Assembly: GCA_035309625.1 (NCBI GenBank)
Contig: DATGEY010000027.1
Location: 945 to 64,944, forward strand
Direction of reading: 5' to 3'
Source: Candidatus Acidiferrum sp.
GTDB taxonomy: Bacteria > Acidobacteriota > Terriglobia > Acidiferrales > UBA7541
DNA: 64,000 nt
In this document: in pieces, positions 20,116-32,089 of the stretch
Position numbering within the stretch: the stretch's first letter is position 1
How the letters are laid out: each line of letters starts with the position of its first letter
The notes under the pieces: generated by a model
Told to the model about the DNA's origin: nothing
The model's input: only the letters and a program-made list of their open reading frames with translations
Database searches by the model: none
Position numbers and translations under genes: made by a program

Positions 20116-20706
20116 CTAGCGCACCTGCTCGGCCGCGTGCGCGCTCACATCTTCCCGCGCACTCCGGTAAGTTCGCCAGGCCAGCCACCCAAGGGCCGCT
20201 ATCATCCCCAACCATCCAATCGTTCGCATCGCTCCGCCGATTTTTCGGTCCTGCAACAACAAACCCCATTGCCCGAACAAAATCGCCCAGTCATGATCGC
20301 CGGAACCCACCAGTGGGAGAGCTTGAGCCCGCGCGTCCGCCATGTACGTTCCTATATAAGGAAAATTCTCGAAGAACCAAAAACCGCAGAACGCGGTCCC
20401 CGAAATTTCCCGCTTCCAGAAGAAATATCCAGCGCACAACAGCGGAACAATCAGCTCCGCCAGCGTTCCGCCCAGAATCATGATGGTGTAGCCGAACCAA
20501 CTGAAGAAGGGATGCCCCGCTTCATGAATCATCAAGTTCGCGTAGTCGAGAAAAAGAAAACCGCTGCCGTCCCTGGCGGCGTACGCCAGGAACAAAAGGT
20601 AAAAGCATAGCCAGCCGATTCCCGCGTATCGCGAAATCGGTTTCCACTCTCCAAAATATTGCTTCAGGAAGGCCACTCCAGGAAGCGTAGCAAGCAATGC
20701 GGTCAT
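20116..20706 (-). CDS. Integral membrane protein with HExxH motif (putative M50-like zinc metallopeptidase)
   Basis: IHEAGH next to a hydrophobic helix, YMADA and HDW motifs, several TM segments. Confidence 0.6.
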   Translation of the reverse strand: MTALLATLPGVAFLKQYFGEWKPISRYAGIGWLCFYLLFLAYAARDGSGFLFLDYANLMIHEAGHPFFSWFGYTIMILGGTLAELIVPLLCAGYFFWKREISGTAFCGFWFFENFPYIGTYMADARAQALPLVGSGDHDWAILFGQWGLLLQDRKIGGAMRTIGWLGMIAALGWLAWRTYRSAREDVSAHAAEQVR

Positions 20707-20764
20707 GCCCCGACGATTCGCACCGCGAAGTGCCGAAACAGTTCAGCCGGGCCGTCGACCGCTA

Positions 20765-21748
20765 TTATTTCCGAACCGCAGCTAATGCCTCATACGCGGC
20801 ACCCATCAGCGGCGCGGATTCATTCAGCACCACCGACACCGGAATGTTCGCCAGCAAATTCTCGAAGTGCCATTTGTCCTTAAAAGCGTGAAAAAAAGTC
20901 CCATCCTTAATCTTCTCGATGATTTTCACCGCGATTCCACCCGCGACATAAACCCCGCCCAGCGCCAATACCTTCAACGCCAGGTTCCCCGCTTCCGCGC
21001 CATAGATGGAGGTCCACAAGTCCAGCGTCTCCACGCAAATGGGGCACGTTTTCGCCAGCCCTTTCTGCGTGATTTCCGGCGCGGGATCGGCGTCCGGATC
21101 CTCAAAGCTGGCGTGCTTTACCTCCGGAGCAATAAATTCGTGCAGCGTCCGAAAACCGCGTCCGGACAAAATCAATTCCCAACTAACTTGCGGATAGCGT
21201 CGCCGCATAAACCGGAGCAACTCGATTTGCTGCTCGGTATGCGGCGCAAAATCCGAGTGCCCGCCCTCCGACGGCACAATCCGGTAACGGCTGCCGTCCC
21301 ACACCAGGATGGATTGCCCCAGTCCCGTACCCGCAGCCAGCAGCGCTCGCGTCCCGCCAGGTTCCGGCTTACCCGCATTCAGCACGCAAAATTCTTCCGC
21401 CGGCAAATGCTCGATACTGTGACCGGTTGCCCCCAAGTCATTCATCAGCACGATTTTCGCCACGCCCAGTTCCGAAGACAACGTGCGTGCATCCACTATC
21501 CACGGCAAATTCGTCGCCCGCACATGGTTGGAGATTACTGGGCCGGCCACTCCGAATCCAGCGGCCACTACCGGATCGGAAGACAAATGCGGCTCCGCCA
21601 GCCGCGAGAATTCCTTGACAATCAAATCAAATTGCGCAAATTCCTTGCTCGCAAATCGCTTGCGGAATACCGGCGTCAACGTGCCGTTCTGTTCCGCGAA
21701 CAGCGCGAGATTGCATTTCGTCCCGCCGACGTCGCCCGCCAGGATCAC
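20765..21748 (-). CDS. glk: Glucokinase (E. coli Glk family)
   Basis: AGDVGGT, GVAGPV, TNLPW, GTGLG, SEGGH, YVAGGI motifs; GTG at 21748 with a purine-rich RBS. Confidence 0.92.
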   Translation of the reverse strand: MILAGDVGGTKCNLALFAEQNGTLTPVFRKRFASKEFAQFDLIVKEFSRLAEPHLSSDPVVAAGFGVAGPVISNHVRATNLPWIVDARTLSSELGVAKIVLMNDLGATGHSIEHLPAEEFCVLNAGKPEPGGTRALLAAGTGLGQSILVWDGSRYRIVPSEGGHSDFAPHTEQQIELLRFMRRRYPQVSWELILSGRGFRTLHEFIAPEVKHASFEDPDADPAPEITQKGLAKTCPICVETLDLWTSIYGAEAGNLALKVLALGGVYVAGGIAVKIIEKIKDGTFFHAFKDKWHFENLLANIPVSVVLNESAPLMGAAYEALAAVRK

Positions 21749-21800
21749 CGTTTCCCCTCTTTCCGATTCGTTTGCCGAGACTAGCCCAAGGCCGGCAAAA

Positions 21801-23354
21801 TCACGGGTTATACCAGCGCCGCCGGCCCCGTTCCAGCAAAAGTTCCGACTCTCGCGGCCCCCAGCTTCCCGCCGGATATTGCGGCACCGTCGCCGTCTTG
21901 GCCGCGCTCCACACATCCAGAATCGGATCGACCAGCGCCCACGCCGCTTCCACGCTGTCGCCGCGGTCAAACAAGGTCGCGTCGCCGCGCACGCAATCTC
22001 CCAACAAAGTCGCGTACGCGCTGCGCGTGCGTCCGTCGCCAAACGCCTCGCGGTAGCTGAAATTCATCGACACGTGTCCGATCCCCATCTCCGTTCCCGG
22101 CCGCTTCGCTCCAAACGAAACGGAAATCCCTTCATCCGGCTGAATATTCAGCACCAGGCGGTTGTCTTCCACTTCGCGTTCGCGAAACACAATGTGCGGC
22201 GCGCGCTTGAACTGGATCACGATTTCCGTGCTGCGCTTGGCCAGGCGTTTACCGGTCCGCAGATAAAATGGCACGCCCGCCCACCGCCAGTTATCGATCT
22301 GCAGCTCCATGGCCACGAACGTTTCCGTGCGCGAATGGGGACTCACGCCCTGCTCCTGCCGATAGCCGGGCACGGGTTTTCCCTCGATGGCTCCGGGCGC
22401 ATATTGCCCGCGAACCACCGACTGCGCCACCATCCCCAAATCGAAAGGCCGAATGGACTGCAATATCTTCAATTTTTCGTTGCGCACCGCGGTCGCATCA
22501 AACTGCGCCGGAGGCTCCACCGCCACCAGCGAGGTCAACTGCAGCACGTGGCTCTGGATCATGTCCCGCAGCGCCCCAGCGGTTTCGTAAAATCCCCCGC
22601 GCCGCTCCACCCCCAGCGTCTCCGCCGCTGTGATCTGTACGGAGTCGACGTAATTGCGGTTCCACAGCGGCTCGAATATCCCGTTGCTGAAGCGCAGCAC
22701 CAAAAGGTTTTGCACCGTGTCCTTGCCCAGGTAATGATCGATGCGGTAGACCTGCTTCTCATCAAAAACGCACAGCACTTTTTTATTCAGCTCTTTCGCC
22801 GAAACCAGATCCCGCCCAAACGGCTTTTCAATAATGATGCGCACCCAATTATTTTCCGACGCCGGCTTCGCCAATCCCGCCTGCCCCAACTGCTCCACAA
22901 TGTGCGGATATACTTCCGGCGGCGTGGAAAGATAAAACAGCCGGTTCCCTCCCAGTTTTTTCCCCGCGCTCAACTCCTCCAGCCGCTTGGCCAGTTTCCT
23001 GAAATCGTCCGCGCTTCCGTACTCCCCAGCCTGATAGTAAAGGTTTCCCGCGAATTCGTTCCACTTCTCGGGGTCGATCGGCCCTACCTCGGAAATGCTC
23101 TTGGCCGCCTCTCCAGCGGTCCCCCGAAACTTGTCGTCGTCCATCTCCGTTCGGGCAAATCCCAGAATCGCGTAGCGTGGCCCCAGCGAATTGTGCATGG
23201 CCAGGTCGTACATCGCCGGAATTACTTTGCGCTTGGCCAGGTCGCCCGAAGCCCCGAACAGCACCACGGTCACCGGCTCGCCGGTTACGCCGTTCCCTTC
23301 GCTCGCTCGGTCCCATTCCACCTCAACATCTTCTAACGTTGCAGTCTTATTCAT
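21801..23354 (-). CDS. zwf: Glucose-6-phosphate 1-dehydrogenase
   Basis: [35 protein letters not shown]; ATG at 23354 with GAGGGG RBS. Confidence 0.95.
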   Translation of the reverse strand: MNKTATLEDVEVEWDRASEGNGVTGEPVTVVLFGASGDLAKRKVIPAMYDLAMHNSLGPRYAILGFARTEMDDDKFRGTAGEAAKSISEVGPIDPEKWNEFAGNLYYQAGEYGSADDFRKLAKRLEELSAGKKLGGNRLFYLSTPPEVYPHIVEQLGQAGLAKPASENNWVRIIIEKPFGRDLVSAKELNKKVLCVFDEKQVYRIDHYLGKDTVQNLLVLRFSNGIFEPLWNRNYVDSVQITAAETLGVERRGGFYETAGALRDMIQSHVLQLTSLVAVEPPAQFDATAVRNEKLKILQSIRPFDLGMVAQSVVRGQYAPGAIEGKPVPGYRQEQGVSPHSRTETFVAMELQIDNWRWAGVPFYLRTGKRLAKRSTEIVIQFKRAPHIVFREREVEDNRLVLNIQPDEGISVSFGAKRPGTEMGIGHVSMNFSYREAFGDGRTRSAYATLLGDCVRGDATLFDRGDSVEAAWALVDPILDVWSAAKTATVPQYPAGSWGPRESELLLERGRRRWYNP

Positions 23355-23374
23355 CCCCTCACCAGTGCCCGACA

Positions 23375-23986
23375 CTATACCTTAACACCGCAATTTTTCA
23401 GTTCCGTCCGCAGCTGCTCCGCGTCCTGATAATGAATCGTTTTCATCCCCAGCTTCCGCGGATTCTCCAGGTTCAGCGGCCGGTCGTCGATGAACACGCA
23501 TTCTTCCGCCACCCGCTGCGTCACTTCCAGCGCGATTCGGTAAATCACCTCTTCCGGCTTTCGCGTGTGCAAATAGCACGAGCTGAAGAACACCTGGAAG
23601 TCACGCCGCAAACGAAACTCCGCGATCCGGTATTCGTTCAACTCCAGCGGCTCGTTATTGATCGCGGCGATAAAATACTTTCCGGTTCCGGCCAGCGCAT
23701 CCAGCACCGCGCGCGATTCCGGATATTCTTTTGACTGCGCGAACATGAACGCGATGAACTCTTCTCGTGTGAACGCCCGGGTCCGGTAAAACAGCGTCCG
23801 GTTCAGGTATTCGTCCAGCGAAATATTTCCCGAATCGAGCGCCGGAAAGGAAAGGTCGTGCCGGTCGTGAAACTCATCCCAATCCAGATGGAACGCCTCC
23901 ACCGCCGCTTTCCTCGACGCGGTGTCCCACCCGTTCGTGAGAACGACCCCGCCGATATCCCAAAATAAAGTTGTGATCTCAGCCAC
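23375..23986 (-). CDS. HAD-superfamily phosphatase (YihX/glucose-1-phosphatase-like)
   Basis: WDIGGV, RKP and FIDD motifs. Confidence 0.85.
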   Translation of the reverse strand: MAEITTLFWDIGGVVLTNGWDTASRKAAVEAFHLDWDEFHDRHDLSFPALDSGNISLDEYLNRTLFYRTRAFTREEFIAFMFAQSKEYPESRAVLDALAGTGKYFIAAINNEPLELNEYRIAEFRLRRDFQVFFSSCYLHTRKPEEVIYRIALEVTQRVAEECVFIDDRPLNLENPRKLGMKTIHYQDAEQLRTELKNCGVKV

Positions 23987-24202
23987 CGCCGCCGCCCCGC
24001 TTTTCCGTTTTGATCTGATGCTTTCCCGCCGCTGCGCTACCGCCAGAACAACTCAGCCTCGGCAATCTCCAAGGCTCCTTCATTTCCGGCTTCGCGATTC
24101 TACTATCCCGGCATTTCGATTCCTATCTCACTCCAGCGCCGCACTAGGAATTTCCCAGTGCTTGCGGTATCGTCAAAAGTAGAGAAGGTACGAGGACAGC
24201 GA

Positions 24203-24535
24203 ATGGCCAACGATCCCTGCGGGCCCACACCGCCCGCCAATGAGCCGCTCAAGCCCGGCGCTCGCATGGTGCACTGTGTAAAATTCGGCCGCGATCTGCC
24301 CGGCCTGGACCGCCCGCCGTGGAAGGGCGAGCTTGGCAAGCGGGTCTACGAAAGTGTTTCGAGAGAAGCCTGGAAGCTGTGGATCGAGCACTCCAAAATG
24401 GTCATGAACGAGTACCGCCTGAATCCTCTGGATCCCAGCTCCCAAAAAATCATGGAAGAACAAATGGAGCAATTTTTCTTTGGCGAAGGCGCCAAGCTCC
24501 CCGAAGGCTACGTAGCCCCCAAGGCCAAGGGCTGA
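24203..24535 (+). CDS. yggX: Oxidative damage protection / Fe(II)-trafficking protein YggX
   Basis: VHCVK, GELGKRVYE, AWKLW, NEYRL, PEGYVAP match YggX. Confidence 0.88.
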   Translation: MANDPCGPTPPANEPLKPGARMVHCVKFGRDLPGLDRPPWKGELGKRVYESVSREAWKLWIEHSKMVMNEYRLNPLDPSSQKIMEEQMEQFFFGEGAKLPEGYVAPKAKG

Positions 24536-24544
24536 TAAGTCCCC

Positions 24545-24613
24545 GTAGGGTCGCAGCACCGCTGCGCCCATCTAGCAAAACTTCTGAGTTGTAGCGGCGC
24601 AGCATGCTGCGCC
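24545..24613 (+). repeat. Two tandem GTAG-family REP-like palindromes
   Basis: GTAGGGTCGCAGCACCGCTGCGCCC (24545-24569) and GTAGCGGCGCAGCATGCTGCGCC (24591-24613). Confidence 0.72.
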
Positions 24614-24710
24614 TTTGTCGCTTTGCCTTATTCCCAACCTAAACTAAAAGCCTTTGCGACTTCTATGCCTACTCTGTACCTTCCTAAATCTTTTCCTGAC
24701 TCCCGGCAAT

Positions 24711-26015
24711 TCACTCCACCACCCGCCCGGTAGCCGGATGCTCCACCGCCAACCTCTCCCGAATCGCAAATCGCAACTTCCCATGCGCCGCTCGCAGCGC
24801 TTCCTCCACTTCCGCCGCCGTCTCTGCCCGCGCAAACAAGAATCCCAAGTAACTGTTTCCCTCTGGCCAGGCCGCAATGTAATCATGCAACCGCGCGGTA
24901 ATCTCCTGTCCAACAATATGCGGTACGGCCCGAGCTGAATCCTGGCCCTCCACACTCTCCAGCACGCCGCTAACGGGCACCGGAATCATCATCACCCCGG
25001 AAGCCGCCGTCTCCCGCACCCACTCCGCCACCGGCATCTCCACCGCATGCCGCAACAACAATTCCTCCAACCCCATTCCTTCATCGTCTCCGTCGCAAAC
25101 AAACCGCAGCGCCCCTGCGCACATTCCCCCAATCGGCCGCGGCGCCACTTCCAGCGGCCAAATTCCCTCCTCATTGATCCGAAACTCCGCATGCACCGGC
25201 CCATGCGATAATCCCAGAGCCCGCACCGCATCGGCCGCACACTTCCCAATCTCCGTTACGCGCTCCGAGCCCAATCGCGAAGGCGTAATGTAAATCGTCT
25301 CCTCGAAAAAAGGCCCCTCCAGGGGATCGGCCTTATCAAATATAGCCAGGACGCGAAGCTCTCCGTCGCTCAACAATCCTTCCACCGCGACTTCCCTTCC
25401 CGGAAGGTAGCCCTCCACGATCATTCGATCCAAATTTTCTTCCCGGCTCGACGCAATCTCCGGCGACTCCAACACGCGCCGCACCCGCGCCGCCGCCGCC
25501 GAGAACTCCTCCCGATGGTTAGCGCGAATCACTCCGGTGCTCGCCGAAAGCGACATGGGCTTGACCACGCACGGATACGAAATCCCCAGCAGCGCCGGCT
25601 CCGGCGCAGGCTGCAACGCCACAGCGCAAAACCAGGGCACGCGCAGCCCCGCATCGCGAAACACTTCCCGCATCCGCAACTTGCTCCGGCAAGCCTCCAC
25701 CGCCGCTGGGTGGTTGTAGGTCACACCCAATCCCCGCGCCACATAAGCCGCCGCCACCGCTGGCCGGTCTCCTAACGCCAAAATTCCATCCACGCGCCGC
25801 TCGCCGCGCCGTACCTCTTCCAGAACGGTGTAAGCCGCCGCCTCCGGCGATTCAAAATGCACCGCAATCGCCCTATCCCCCCAAGGATCATCCAACTGAT
25901 GGCAGCGATCCGTAACAAACTTCAGTTCGATGCCAAGTTTCCGCGCGGCTCCGGCAAAGCTCCGCGTCTGATACCCCAGTTTCCCCGCAAACACCAATAC
26001 CCGTTTGCCGTTCAT
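24711..26015 (-). CDS. ATP-grasp domain protein (L-amino-acid-ligase-like)
   Basis: YPCVVKP.SLSAS.GV, VEGYLPG.EVAVEG, FDK, HAEFR, LEVAPRPIGG; abuts the radical SAM gene with no gap. Confidence 0.88.
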   Translation of the reverse strand: MNGKRVLVFAGKLGYQTRSFAGAARKLGIELKFVTDRCHQLDDPWGDRAIAVHFESPEAAAYTVLEEVRRGERRVDGILALGDRPAVAAAYVARGLGVTYNHPAAVEACRSKLRMREVFRDAGLRVPWFCAVALQPAPEPALLGISYPCVVKPMSLSASTGVIRANHREEFSAAAARVRRVLESPEIASSREENLDRMIVEGYLPGREVAVEGLLSDGELRVLAIFDKADPLEGPFFEETIYITPSRLGSERVTEIGKCAADAVRALGLSHGPVHAEFRINEEGIWPLEVAPRPIGGMCAGALRFVCDGDDEGMGLEELLLRHAVEMPVAEWVRETAASGVMMIPVPVSGVLESVEGQDSARAVPHIVGQEITARLHDYIAAWPEGNSYLGFLFARAETAAEVEEALRAAHGKLRFAIRERLAVEHPATGRVVE

Positions 26016-27563
26016 TTAGACAAATCCATCCGCGATTACAACTTTTTCCGCCGTTTCCGCAGGCGCAGCCGCCGCCCCGCCAATCGCCACCAACTGATCC
26101 CGAGTAGGCTCCGCGCAGCAATACCACGGCTCGCTCAAAAATGGCACGCCACGCCCCTCCTTCACACGCAAGACTGGCGCGGCAATCTCCGCCACCCAAT
26201 GCGCCGCCTCCCAAATTCTCGTAAACGCTACTCCGCGCGACTCCTTCTTTCGGTCCGCCGCTGCCGCAATCCCCTGCACCGTCTCGCTCAGCAAATCCAC
26301 CCGCGCATCCGAGTTCTTCCAGGGATAAACCAGCGACTCCGCATCAAACGCTCCAACTCCCGCGCGCACGTCCTCCAACTCCAGCAACCTCGATCCCTCC
26401 GGAATCAGCAGCCGAATCCCCAACTGAATGGGCGCCACGTTCTCCACCAATTCCTCCGCCGCTAACACCCGCAGCAAATCCAAATATCCCCCAAGCGTGG
26501 TCCACAGCGTAAACGGCACAAACGTCGGATGCAACGTCATGCCCAACTCGCGAAATTTCCGCGACACATAAAGAAAATCTTCCCGCGTATGCCCCTTGTC
26601 CAGCCGCTCCAAAATCCCATCGTCCACCGACTCCACCGCGCTGATCACAAACAAACACCCCGTGTCCCGCAACCGCGCCAAATCCCGCTCGTACTTCCGC
26701 AGATGCTCGATCTTGATGGTCACATCGTAAGTAACGCGAGGAAACTCAGCGTGAAACGCTTCCACCAACTCCATCGCATGCCGTATCCCATTAAAAAAAT
26801 CCGGATCCCCAAACGAAATATGCTGCGCGCCTGCCGCCACTTGCTGCCGCACATCCGCCAGCACTACATCTCGCGCGACAATCCGAAACACCCCGTTATA
26901 AACCGGCACAATCGGGCAATGCCGACAAAGATGCTTGCACCCCCGGCTAGCCTCCGTAGATCCCACCACGCGATACCCGCCGCCAGGCAAAATCAGATGC
27001 GCGTATTTGGCAAGAGGCGCCAACCCGGCCCGATCCGGCACCTCAAACCGAAGCCGCTCCAAAGAAATCATCGGCTCACTTTGACCCGTAAACGTAGGGG
27101 CGCAGCATGCTGCGCCCCTACTTGGTTCAGCATGCAAAATTTGAGGGCTTTGCTCGCTTGCTCCCACCTGTGCACTGGCCAATCGTTCGGGCCGCGCCTT
27201 GCTCAACCGTTCCGCCAACCGCACCAACCCATCTTCAAACTCCCCGCCCAAAATTGTCCCTACTCCCAACAATCGCAAATACTCCGCATTCATAGGCGCA
27301 TACAACCCATAACAACAAATATGAGCCCCAGCATTCTTCTCGCGCAGCGTAGGAATCAACTTGCAACCCAACCGGGTAGCCGTATGCATAGGCAAATAAA
27401 TCGCAACCAGCTCCGCCGCCCGCACCGCCCCAGCATCCAACTCCTGCCGCGAGAGGTCGAAGCACGCAACCTCATGCCCCCGCCGCCGCAACCACCCCGC
27501 CGGCGACACCAACCCAAAAGGCTGCCGCCCCAACTCATACGTAGAAATCAGCACAATCTTCAT
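26016..27563 (-). CDS. CUAEP/CCAEP-tail radical SAM protein (ArsL-related; N-terminal B12-binding-like domain)
   Basis: SRGCKHLCRHC CxxxCxxC motif, FGDPDF, N-terminal YELGRQP and PMHTAT, C-terminal EPWYCCAEP. Confidence 0.88.
   Translation of the reverse strand: MKIVLISTYELGRQPFGLVSPAGWLRRRGHEVACFDLSRQELDAGAVRAAELVAIYLPMHTATRLGCKLIPTLREKNAGAHICCYGLYAPMNAEYLRLLGVGTILGGEFEDGLVRLAERLSKARPERLASAQVGASEQSPQILHAEPSRGAACCAPTFTGQSEPMISLERLRFEVPDRAGLAPLAKYAHLILPGGGYRVVGSTEASRGCKHLCRHCPIVPVYNGVFRIVARDVVLADVRQQVAAGAQHISFGDPDFFNGIRHAMELVEAFHAEFPRVTYDVTIKIEHLRKYERDLARLRDTGCLFVISAVESVDDGILERLDKGHTREDFLYVSRKFRELGMTLHPTFVPFTLWTTLGGYLDLLRVLAAEELVENVAPIQLGIRLLIPEGSRLLELEDVRAGVGAFDAESLVYPWKNSDARVDLLSETVQGIAAAADRKKESRGVAFTRIWEAAHWVAEIAAPVLRVKEGRGVPFLSEPWYCCAEPTRDQLVAIGGAAAAPAETAEKVVIADGFV
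27094..27121. repeat. Perfect 28-bp GTAG REP-like palindrome inside the radical SAM CDS
   Basis: GTAGGGGCGCAGCATGCTGCGCCCCTAC is its own reverse complement. Confidence 0.85.
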
Positions 27564-27645
27564 CGTCTACCAGTATAGTCGTCCGCGCTCGCTTTCGTTT
27601 TCAGCTATGATATAAAGCTGCGCTACTTTAGGAAAGGAAGCCAGG

Positions 27646-30312
<2,667 letters not shown>

Positions 30313-30324
30313 CCTTCCGCTCCG

Positions 30325-30437
30325 CTCTGCGAACCTCTGCGCGCTCTGCGTCTCTGCGTCTCTGCGTTAGATTTAACTGTATCCAAGAACGAAAAAGATA
30401 ACGCAGAGGCGCAGAGGGCGCGGAGATAACCCAGAGA
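30325..30437. repeat. Inverted array of short CTCTGCG/CGCAGAG repeats between convergent genes
   Basis: Five CTCTGCG units (30325-30366), an AT-rich spacer, then TAACGCAGAGGCGCAGAG...CCAGAGA. Confidence 0.75.
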
Positions 30438-30454
30438 CGGCCCTCCCTTTGCAT

Positions 30455-31900
30455 CTATTTCCGGCCTTCGCGTTTCTGGGCCACCACCAGGCCCCGCGGC
30501 GTGGCCAGCAGCACCACCGAGATCAGCCCTTCTTGCTCCAGTTGCAGGGCGGCTTCCCGCACCGTCTTCATCGCGGAGCTGGCGTCGTGCATCAGAATTA
30601 GTCCGTACGGATTTACCTGCGGCAGAAAATGGCGGACTTCCTGTCCGCGAATCGGCGCGTCGCTGTCGCAAAACAGCAAATCGATGCGGCCGTTCACTTT
30701 CATTTCCAGGCTGGATTCGTTGCGCGCGTCAATCCATTGCGCCAGCCCGGATGCGGCGAAGCGTTCCTTTGCCGCGGCAAATACCTTGGCGTCGTACTCG
30801 CAGGTAATCACCCGCCCGAAACCATTCTGCTTCAAGCCCTCCGCGATGCGCAGCGTGCTCAAGCCGGAAAACGTGCCGGTTTCCACCACTAGCTCCGGCT
30901 TGATGGTGGTGACGATCGCTTTCAGAAAATCGAGCACTTCCACTTCGGCGGTCATCGAGTCATACATGTGCCAGCGCTCCGGGTGCGGGCATTCCGGCGT
31001 AGCTTTGTGGTATTCCGGTTGCAACACGTCGCCGCGCGCGGCGATGTGCTCTACGATGCGATGCTCTTTTCGGAGCGCGTGAAATTGGCCCTTGATACGC
31101 CAAAGCAACACCGCGCCAAAAACAATGGAAACCAGGCTGGCCGTCTGCGCGTTGGACATTCCGAAAAAAGAGCGCGGGTTGATGCGAATGATCTCAATCA
31201 GGAAACGCGCCAGGCCGGTCAGGATCAGATAATTACAAAAGATTTCCCCGCGCGCCTTTGGCCCCCGCAGCGATTTTGTGCCCATGTGCCAAAGAAACCC
31301 GGCGATAGCCAACCAAAGGAAAAATTCGTACAGCGGAGTGGCATAAACGCGGCAATCGGACGGCCAACCCGCTTGCACGCAGGTCTCAGTGGTAGGCACC
31401 ACGCCGTGAGGAAAGGCCATCCCCCAGGGCCAGTGCCACGCTGTAGGCCGCCCGTAGTCGCCGTCTCCGGAAAGCAAGCAACCGATACGCCCTATAGCAT
31501 AACCAACGCAAGCGGCTGGCGAGCAAAGATCCAGAAACAATAGCAGAGGAATTTTCAGCCGCCGCGCCATGAGCACCAGCGCGAAAAATCCGCCCAGAAA
31601 CCCGCCGAACCATGCAAACCCGAAACGGCTGAACAACAGATTCCAAGGATCGGCAAATAATTCGGCGGGACTTTCCAGCACATGATAGAGGCGCGCACCA
31701 GCCAATCCGGCGATCCCGGCAACTCCAATAATCAGAAATCCCTCGTCGCGCTGTCCCTTAAATCCGGGCAGCCGCGCGAGCTGCGCACGCCGGCGGTCGA
31801 AATCCGCCTGTAACACGTAAGCGGAGACCAGCAGCGCGGTCGCCACCATCAATCCAAACGTTGGGATGCTAAGCGGCCCAAGATGCAAGAAAGGAATCAT
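30455..31900 (-). CDS. lgt: Prolipoprotein diacylglyceryl transferase (Lgt) fused to a C-terminal class I SAM-dependent methyltransferase
   Basis: aa ~1-270: GARLYHV, WFGG, IGRIGC..GD.YG, PLYE, RFLIE (Lgt). aa ~290-481: VVETGTFSGLST, ITCE, IDLLFCD, ILMHD (methyltransferase). Confidence 0.82.
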   Translation of the reverse strand: MIPFLHLGPLSIPTFGLMVATALLVSAYVLQADFDRRRAQLARLPGFKGQRDEGFLIIGVAGIAGLAGARLYHVLESPAELFADPWNLLFSRFGFAWFGGFLGGFFALVLMARRLKIPLLLFLDLCSPAACVGYAIGRIGCLLSGDGDYGRPTAWHWPWGMAFPHGVVPTTETCVQAGWPSDCRVYATPLYEFFLWLAIAGFLWHMGTKSLRGPKARGEIFCNYLILTGLARFLIEIIRINPRSFFGMSNAQTASLVSIVFGAVLLWRIKGQFHALRKEHRIVEHIAARGDVLQPEYHKATPECPHPERWHMYDSMTAEVEVLDFLKAIVTTIKPELVVETGTFSGLSTLRIAEGLKQNGFGRVITCEYDAKVFAAAKERFAASGLAQWIDARNESSLEMKVNGRIDLLFCDSDAPIRGQEVRHFLPQVNPYGLILMHDASSAMKTVREAALQLEQEGLISVVLLATPRGLVVAQKREGRK

Positions 31901-31954
31901 AAGATAGGCAATCGAGTATACACGGCGCCGGGTCGAGCGCCGTAAGCCACAGCA

Positions 31955-31975
31955 GGGCAGCCTCTTTGGCTGTCC
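31955..31975. repeat. GG(A/G)CAGCC-N5-GGCTGTCC palindrome (second REP-like family)
   Basis: GGGCAGCC TCTTT GGCTGTCC; a similar copy starts at 57453. Confidence 0.5.
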
Positions 31976-32089
31976 CCGCTCGGAAAACGCGCGTGCGTCG
32001 CCGTTGTGGCCCGCCGATCTATCTAACTGAGCACGATATGATCCACGAAACCTCTGGACTTGCCAAGAATCTCTGCAAGGACTATGCCG

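Noticed and set aside
21483-23336. Long antisense ORFs (for example 21483-23336, 48323-50029, 59285-61138, 35962-37620)
   Set aside because: Shadow frames of well-supported genes, expected in high-GC DNA
24536-24710. RiPP precursor peptide for the radical SAM/ATP-grasp pair
   Set aside because: The intergenic region is occupied by REPs and low-complexity sequence; no credible small ORF with an RBS
26109-26126. Selenocysteine (UGA) in the radical SAM tail
   Set aside because: Both residues are TGC (Cys) codons, so this is the CCAEP form and not CUAEP
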